This document shows positions 56,480-64,000 of a DNA stretch of 64,000 bases, one piece after another. The first letter of the stretch is position 1; each line of letters opens with the position of its first letter. The position numbers were made by a program, and so were the translations under genes. Source of the DNA: Folioceros fuciformis (lineage: Eukaryota). The stretch covers positions 221,347 through 285,346 of the forward strand of contig JBNGIO010006336.1 in NCBI GenBank assembly GCA_049999805.1. Reading direction: 5' to 3'. The notes beneath the pieces were generated by a model that saw only the letters and a list, made by a program, of their open reading frames with translations, was not told the DNA's origin and searched no databases.

Positions 56480-57804
56480 ATGAGCAAGAGTCTGGGGATA
56501 CCGGTTAAGCTATTGCATGAGGCGGAGGGACATGTTGTCACGGTGGAGCTCAAAAGCGGGGAGCTGTACAGAGGTTCGCTCATCGAATGTGAGGACAACT
56601 GGAATTGCCAGCTCGAATTCATCACCTACACTGCCAGGGTGAGGCTCTCGCTCTCTTTCTCATGTCCGTTTGCTTGCTGCCGTGTCTGACGGTGAGGTGA
56701 GGTGAGGTGAGTTGAGGGTATGGAGGTCATGACTTGCTTCTTCAGTCTCCGCAGTGCCTGCCGGCAGGTTAGGGATGCTTAGTTCGAGGGGACGAGGGGA
56801 GTGAGTGGGGCACGGGGGGGTGTAGGAATGTTGTTTGGNNNNNNNNNNNNNNNNNNNNNNNNNNNNNNNNNNNNNNNNNNNNNNNNNNNNNNNNNNNNNN
56901 NNNNNNNNNNNNNNNNNNNNNNNNNNNNNNNNNNNNNNTAGGGATGCTTAGTTCGAGGGGACGAGGGGAGTGAGTGGGGCACGGGGGGGTGTAGGAATGT
57001 TGTTTGGACCAAGGGGGGATGGTTGAAAGCGTTGTCCCGATCTTAAACGTTGTGGGAATCTTCGACTGCAGATGTCGGGGCAAGTCTAGGGCGGAGACGG
57101 AGTCTTTGTTAGCACACACTGTCCAGTAGGTCGTCTGTATTCCGGTGAGATGTCGAGTTGCTGTGCTGTGGCATGATTGTGTCACTGCTCACGCCTGCGC
57201 TGGACGCATCGCTCGCCCGCCGATAACTAACCGTGCCTGTTTCTGCTTGTCTGGCAGGACGGCAAAATCTCACAGTTGGAGCATGTTTTCATACGCGGTA
57301 GCAAAGTTAGGTGCGTGAAACGGCTTGATTTAGGTGGTGCTTGAAAGTTAATTTCAACTTTCACGTGGTTTGGGACGCTTCTATCTATCCATCACGCTGA
57401 ATGTCGGTTCCAGGTTCATGATCATTCCGGACATGCTGAAGAATGCTCCCATGTTCAAACGACTTGATGCCAAGATCAAGGTACTTTTGGACCATGTGTT
57501 TGCCTCCTCCTCCACCAGCAGGCATTGTAACCCTACCAGGTTGTTAACAAACCCTTGGTACGTGCAGGGGAAGGGTTCTGCAGGGATCGGTGTCGGCCGT
57601 GGACGAGCTGTTGCATTGCGGGCCAAGGTGAGCTCGCCGCAATCCTCCGCCTTTCTTTATTCACTGCTGCTGCATTGTACAGAGCATATGCTCTCCGTGC
57701 CAGATCCACCTCATGGAGTTTTTTTTTTCTCTCAGGCTCGTTCAGCTGCCCGGGGTTCTGCTCCGGCTCCTCCAGTGCGACCCGCCCCACCCGCCAGGAG
57801 ATAA
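56480..57804 (+). CDS. SmD3: Small nuclear ribonucleoprotein SmD3 (5 exons)
   Basis: [32 protein letters not shown]...|[33 protein letters not shown]...GRGR. Confidence 0.97.
56769..57008. repeat. ~70-bp G-rich direct repeat flanking an assembly gap in SmD3 intron 1
   Basis: tagggatgcttagttcgaggggacgag...tgtaggaatgttgtttgg occurs on both sides of the N-run. Confidence 0.7.
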
Positions 57805-59148
57805 GACTAGCATACTGCATGACACCATGGATCAGATATTGCAGAGGATCTTTTTTTGTTTAATAAGCCCAGTTGAGAGTGCGAAACGTTTTAGCCTGGA
57901 GATCACTGCACTAGTCTTAGTTTGAAGGAACACTCTCCTGTACTTGGGAATGTTTAAATCCGCCGTGAGCGATTTAGCAAATTTGTTGGCTCGTCTCGTT
58001 TGCTGTGTATGGATGTAGGTGACGAAAGGCGGGTTTGCAGGGCCTTGCACCCCGTTACAATTTGGCCGTGTAAAGAGAAGGGACAAGGTAGGCTGCGGAA
58101 ATAGAGGTCGGATTTGCGTAACCAGAGGTTGGAGTGGGAGAGGTGGAAAGCAAGCAATCCCAGGGTGCTGAAAGGTCGACCGTTATGTTAGCTGCTGGGG
58201 AGGGTCAGCCGGTCCCGCTCCGGCTCCCGTCCCTCACTCTTGCGATGCTCCATCTCCAGCCTCTTCCTTTGCCTGACCGATTTCACCGGCATTCCGTTGC
58301 TGTTGCTGTTTCCTCGGCAAACACACCTGCGGACTTGCTCTCTTCCTGCATCAGCCAGGCCGACAAACCGAATTGCTATTTCTACCCTGAGGCTCGTTTG
58401 CTTCCGGCAATCTGCGAGGCTGCAGCGTGGGGTCCCAGGCCCAGCAGGAGCAGGAGCAGGGACCGGGTCTGCGGAAGCCGCTGTCGCATGCACACTCGGT
58501 GCGTGGTCGGCCAGCTTGCCGCCCAGCTTGCCAGGTTCGCCGAGCCCATGCCATGCCAGAAATCGATGGGTTGATGAGTAATTGCATTAGCAATAGCCAG
58601 GTTGCAGCCTTCCTGCTTGTCACTGGACTGGATTGGATTGGACTGGATTGGACTCGATTGGTTTGAATTGTCTCGCCCCATGATGATGGCTGCGCTGGTC
58701 ACAAGCCCGCAGGTTGTACCTGACTGCTGCTGCTGCTGCTATGAACACCAGGTTGGTGGAATGGAGCAAGGGCAAGCGCTTTGCTTTGTCGTTGGCCACC
58801 CAGTTTGTGCTTCCCCTTGCTTTCTGTGATCGGAGCAATGCGAAACCCCACAGGTTTGCTCTCCGCCGGCCCGCGTATGGGGGTGGTGTTGTTCAGTGGA
58901 ATGGCATTGCAGAGTGGGCCTGTACGTGCGTCCCGCACTGGTTCAGGAAGCAGGGCAGGTCACGGAGTGGGCTTGTGATGAACTGGCTGTTTTGTGTGAG
59001 TAGGCTGTAGAAGATGTAGAGCGTCTCCTAGGGTTTTCTCTCAAGCCGAGCCTGCCTTGGACTGAGGATGAGATCATAGAAACGTGTGCGTTGCTTTGGT
59101 ACAGCGGAGCCTGAGGGGAGGGCAGTTAACTTCGATGAGGAAGCTGGG

Positions 59149-62100
59149 ATGACAGAAGCACTTAAAATTGATGGACCTATTCCTGAGGAGGAAGAAGAGC
59201 CAGCACTCGAGGTCAGGGTAACAATTCCCGAAACCGGTCCAGCCGATCAGGCAGTGCATAGTGCCAGCACTGTATCTCCCAGAAGTCACAGTGACGCTTC
59301 TTTCTCAGGATGGACTGTGCCATCGAGCACACCAAGGGATCAGGAGGGCATCACAGAGCAGCATCCTCAAGCGTCAAGCTCATCAGGCCAACAGAATGGG
59401 AACCCGGCTAGACCTGCAGAAGAGTCAGCACAAATCAAGTCTGACATCAGGTCTCGGATCCCCGGTCTTGTGGCTCTGACGCTCCCAACTTCCCCCTCTG
59501 GCCAGCCCCCAAACATGGACGAGCTGGACAGCAGTGACTCGGAGGGTGGGTCTAACTCCTCGGGTCGCAGTGCTGTGGCATTGCTCACAACCAGGAGACT
59601 AGCTCCATTGGCCACATGCAGGTTGAAGACCCGGTTGCAGGAGCCTCCACCCATCACCCCGGCAGTTTCCAACATGATATCACGCTGTGAGTCCACCATC
59701 GGCCAAAGGAGGGTGTCCATAACTTCGCAGATGGCTGAGGAAACAGGAGCAGGGATCAACAACATGGAATATGGCACCAATGAAAATACCACCGCTCACA
59801 AGCTTCCAGGAGGCAGATCCTCCATGACATCCATGCCATCGGTTTCGCGGGCTCCCTCCAGAGTCCCGTCCTATGTGGGCATACTTCGCACACCTACCAG
59901 CTCCAAGGCTCAGCCGCCGTTTCCTGCAGCAGCCAAGACTCCTGCACCAAACATGCCCGGTCTTGAGGAGGAGCTGGATCCATTGGATGACGAGTCCATC
60001 CCCAAATACAAGAAGTGGAAGTACGAGAGGAACTGGCTGGTTTTGACACAGTACGTGGCACTGGTGAGTTTGGTGCCCCTTCTGGTGTGCTCCGTCTACA
60101 TAGCTCGCCTTGAGCGAGTGCGCTGGCTGAGCCTGGGCCTCTGGAGGTGGATGGCTCTAGCTCTCGTCGTCATCTCGGGACGCCTCATGTCCGGGTGGCT
60201 CATCCAGGTACACACCGTTGCACCATTTCCTTTCGCAAAGCCTGATTGCTCAAGGTTTCCAAGAAAAAACCTTGATTAATGAGCGCACTTTCAGTTACTG
60301 AAATTCAAACGTATGTGTTGAAGATACTTGTCGTGTTGATAGAAAGGCACTACCTGCTTCGGAAGAGAGTTCTGTACTTTGTGTATGGACTGCGGCATGC
60401 TGTGAAAAACTGCATCTGGCTGGCATTGGTGCTTGGTGTTTGGAAAGTCATCTTCGATGCTAGTAAAGATCGACATGAAGTGAGCCCCACCGTTACGAAG
60501 GTGAGGAGTTCGTGTTTCCAGATTCATTGCCCCCTGCATCATCGGTTGCAGAAGATACACTTGGCTGTATTTGACGGTGTCCTCCTGCTGGCTTCACGTC
60601 ACACAGATCCTTTGGTGCCTTTGGATCGCATCATTGCTGTGGATGATCAAGGTGATGGCCGTGAAGGTGGCAGCCAACAGCTTTCACCGGGCAGCCTACT
60701 TTGATAGGATTCAGGATAACTTGTTCCACCAATTTGTGTTGGGCACGCTTTCAGCGCCTCCTTCATACAACACCTGGGTGAATTTTGGGACTGGCCAAGC
60801 TGTGAACATGGAAGATGCTGCTGTCGGATGCGACGATCAAGGTGTGTCATATAATCAGGGCGGCCCCAAAACCCCTGCGGCATATGCTGGATTTGGCCCC
60901 AAAACTCCAGGCCCATCGGTTGACGCGAATAATTATGATCAAGGAGGACCTTCTCATCAGTTGCACGCTCTTCCCACGTCAAGGGGTAGACAGAGCACTG
61001 CCAGCACAGTGGCCATGCCACCGGCTCGACAGGCGTCTTCCCATGCCGCTGCTCCGATACTTGCCAGGAGTCCTATGCCGATCCAGCAAGACAAATTGCA
61101 GGAGCTCACTGCTGAGGTGTGTATTCATCTGTCGCCCCCTTGCCCCTGTGGGCGCTGTCATACATGGCAGTACCTAATCGCGTCCTGTAATTGCAGACTG
61201 TTTCAGCCTGGACACTGAAGCGATTGATGAAGATAATCCGCAATACCAACATGACAACTTATTCCTCGCTGCTGTCCCACGAACATGCGGAATGGGAGAT
61301 TGGCAGTGAAGTTCAGGCGAAAGCTGCTGCCAAAGAGGTTCTCTTTGCTTGTCACATTCCCGCCTACTCCTCAGTTGAGAACTGCAAAAATCGATCAATT
61401 CCAATCTTCTGACGACGGTACTTGCAGATTTTCTACAACATCGCCAGGCCTGGAGAGAAATATCTCCACTTCAAAGATTTTCTGAATTTTTTCCAAGAGG
61501 ATAAGGCTACCCGAGCCTTCAATCTCTTCGAGGTGACAGAAGCCGGATTGATCACCAAGAAAGCTCTCATGAAATGGGTTGTAAGCGTATACAAGGAGCG
61601 CAAGGCACTGGCTCTCACCTTGAGCGACAACCGCACAGTAGTTGCAAAACTCCATAGAGTACTGGACGCGGTACACAGCACAGTTCTGAACTCGGATGTT
61701 CCTAGACATCGAAGTAGAGACCAGGAAGAGGCAATAATAACGGGCAGTCTCTGGATGCAGGTTTTGGCGGTCATCCTTATCACCATCTTCTTCCTCATCC
61801 TTGGAGTGAACACGTCAAAGCTTTTAGTTGCTCTATCATCAACATTGCTACCCTCGGTATTCGTTTTCGGCAATTGTGCAAGGACCACGTTTGAGTCGCT
61901 TGTGTTCCTATTTGTGATGCATCCCTTCGACGTTGGTGACAGAATTTCGGTGGACGGCCAATCCTTCATCGTTGAGGTAAGCGTGACAAAACATGGCAAA
62001 CGCATGGGTCTTGGCAAACGCTTCCTATCTGTTTACTGTATAGCCCCTTGAATGCATGGAAACTCGGCTTTTGCAGGAGTTGAACATCCTCAACACGATC

Positions 62101-62715
62101 TTCCTGAGGTAGCTTCTCCAAACCATGTCTTTACCTTTCAGTCAGCTGCTGAGAGTACCGATTTCATGAGCATGAAGTGGAGAGGGTCTGCTGTGTGACC
62201 TGCAGCGGGACCAACGAGAAGATATACTATCCCAACGCGGTACTCTCCACCAAGGCAATTTCCAATTTTTACCGAAGCCCTGACCAGTGGGACGCCATTG
62301 ACTTTCAAATTCACATATCGACGCCAGTGGAAAAACTTGGCATCCTACGGGAAAGGATGGCAAGGTACATTGAGAGCCTTCCGCAATTCTGGTATCCAGT
62401 CTTCAGAATTGTATGCAAAGACATCCAGGACTCCAACAAAATGATCATGTCCTTATGGATGCAACATCACCTAAACTACCAGGTACATACTTACATGCAA
62501 AAAGTCCCACAGTGACCATGCTGTTGACAGCTGCTGATGATGCCAATCTGGTTGGTATGTAGGAAGCAGGAGAACGGTGGCAGCGGCGGAGTAACATGAT
62601 CCTTCACATGAAGCAACAAATGGAGGAACTGGGCATCGGATACCGTCTGCCTATGGCAGATGTCACGGTCACTGGTGTGCCCGTTCTGGACGTTCCTCCA
62701 GTAGTAATGCGTTGA
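59149..62715 (+). CDS. MSL: MscS-like mechanosensitive ion channel (MSL4-10 group)
   Basis: LRKRVLYFVYGLR, VAANSFHRAAYFDRIQD, SAWTLKRLM, ERKALALTLSDNRTVVAKL, VFVFGNCARTTFESLVFLFVMHPFDVGD, YYPNAVLSTKAISNFYRSP. Start is uncertain. Confidence 0.93.
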
Positions 62716-62906
62716 GTGTTGAGTTGGCCCAAAGTCCCAGAGCAACTCCACCCTAATCTTGTGCCAGCATCACTTGGCACACAGCGGGGAGATGTGTGAA
62801 ACCGGCTCCCAGCATCGCGAAATGCACTAGATTGAAATGACCGACGTCCTCATCCAGGGCAGCTTGGCAGATAGATCTTGGGAAATGAAAAGCGAGGCAG
62901 AATAAA

Positions 62907-63575
62907 TCACATGCCGATTGTCTGCCACATGGACAAATAACTGGTCATCTCTCTTGTTTTACACATCAAATCCGTCACCACCCTATTCTTCCTCTCAACT
63001 TCCTGCACATATGAAATATCCACGGAGTCGCACATGAGTAATTCCATACACCCTGGGCCGGAGCCACAACAAGCTGGAGAAGCATAGACCCATACCTCAC
63101 GCAACTCTTGTGCTCTATACTCAAGCTGATCCAACTCCGCTGCATCCATCTTCACCCCCCCATCATCTCCATCCGCTTCCTGCATCTGCACATGTGCACA
63201 AGTCTGAGCAGGCCGCAGAAGGAGCTTTTTTCAGTGACAGCAGTATAACCTACAACACACCTGCGGACAGGCAAAGATGTTCACAATCACAGCTCGGAGC
63301 GCTGCAGTGGCGGCCTTATACTGCGTCCGCGCAGCTTCTACGGCGGGCTCCGACCCGAGCCCGGGCCCGGGCCCGGGCCCGGACCCTGGCACGCTGGCTT
63401 CGTTGGAGGCCGCGAGAGCAGCACCAGCTGGAGCAGTCCATGTGGCCGGGTCGCAAAGCGCCTCGTCCAGGGAGGCCAGCATCTGATGTGCAGCGTTCAC
63501 CGCGGCCTCCAGATGCTTCAGCCCTTCCAGCCCTAGCTCCTCTAACGTCCCCTCCGTGGTCGACACGAGCGCCAT
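62907..63575 (-). CDS. MED30: Mediator subunit 30 (3 exons)
   Basis: ELGLEGLKHLE...LASLDEALCDPATW...ARTQYKAATAALRAV; LDQLEYRAQELRE|EVERKN...LSMWQ. Resembles plant MED30. Confidence 0.8.
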
Positions 63576-63790
63576 CGCAGACTCCCAACGGCAGGTTAGG
63601 TCTGCCCTATTATGAATCCATACATCTCATCTCGACAGAAGCAGATACTGTATATGAATGTTCGCAATCCGGTTGTGTCCATGGCAGGTTAGGGCTCTCC
63701 TATTATCGATCCTTAATCCATGTCGCAAGAGATGCACACATAACAACTTTCTCCATCGGCTTCGGTCCTGTCCTGGCAGGCCCTGTGGCG

Positions 63791-63884
63791 ATGGCGGTGG
63801 CCATGGCCAAGGAAATGAAGATCATCGAGCTGCGGCCGTCTGTGTCCACCAACGTGAACACCACCTTCATCATTCTGGAGAAAG
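63791..63884 (+). CDS. First exon of a SOSS complex subunit B-like (OB-fold ssDNA-binding) gene, continues beyond the window
   Basis: MKIIELRPSVSTNVNTTFIILEK|G followed by a GT donor. Resembles the N-terminus of plant SOSS-B/NABP homologues. Confidence 0.6.
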
Positions 63885-64000
63885 GTGCGTTTTCAAGCAT
63901 CCATATCCGCAACCCCTCGTACTTGTATCGCATCCAACACTTGGCCAAGTGCCTGGGCTCACATGTCGGTCGGATCCTCTGGCTATGGCAGGCCAGCCGT

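Noticed and set aside
56769-57008. Direct repeat in the SmD3 intron as a mobile element or snoRNA
   Set aside because: The copies flank an N gap and may be a contig overlap or collapsed minisatellite. No clear box C/D or H/ACA layout.
58750-58810. Possible hairpin or miRNA precursor
   Set aside because: The pairing is short and imperfect, and I recognise no conserved miRNA.

Overview
Nuclear DNA from a compact land-plant genome, most likely a hornwort (Anthoceros-like). This is an inference from a PPR protein with a KPAxA/HAE/DRH-type DYW variant, a ciliary ARL13 gene and dense genes with ~70-110 bp introns. Bases 1-10.7 kb are nested, degenerate transposons: LTR-retroelement fragments, a near-complete Ty1/copia gag-pol pseudogene and a pogo/Tigger-like DDE transposon. 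The rest holds about 20 tightly packed genes: P-class PPR, METTL13-like methyltransferase pseudogene, O-fucosyltransferase, an unknown protein with a 30-bp coding repeat, two ARPC5 paralogues, RPL22, PLS-E+ PPR, PhzF-like protein, acyl-ACP thioesterase, GH10 xylanase, ARL13, TPR protein, ABCG half transporter, PLS-DYW:KP PPR, SPL7-like factor, SmD3, MSL channel, MED30 and the start of a SOSS-B-like gene. The most interesting element is the DYW:KP/DRH PPR, a candidate U-to-C RNA editor, which shares an N-terminal module with a second PLS PPR. All family calls come from remembered motifs, not database searches. Exon boundaries were read by eye.
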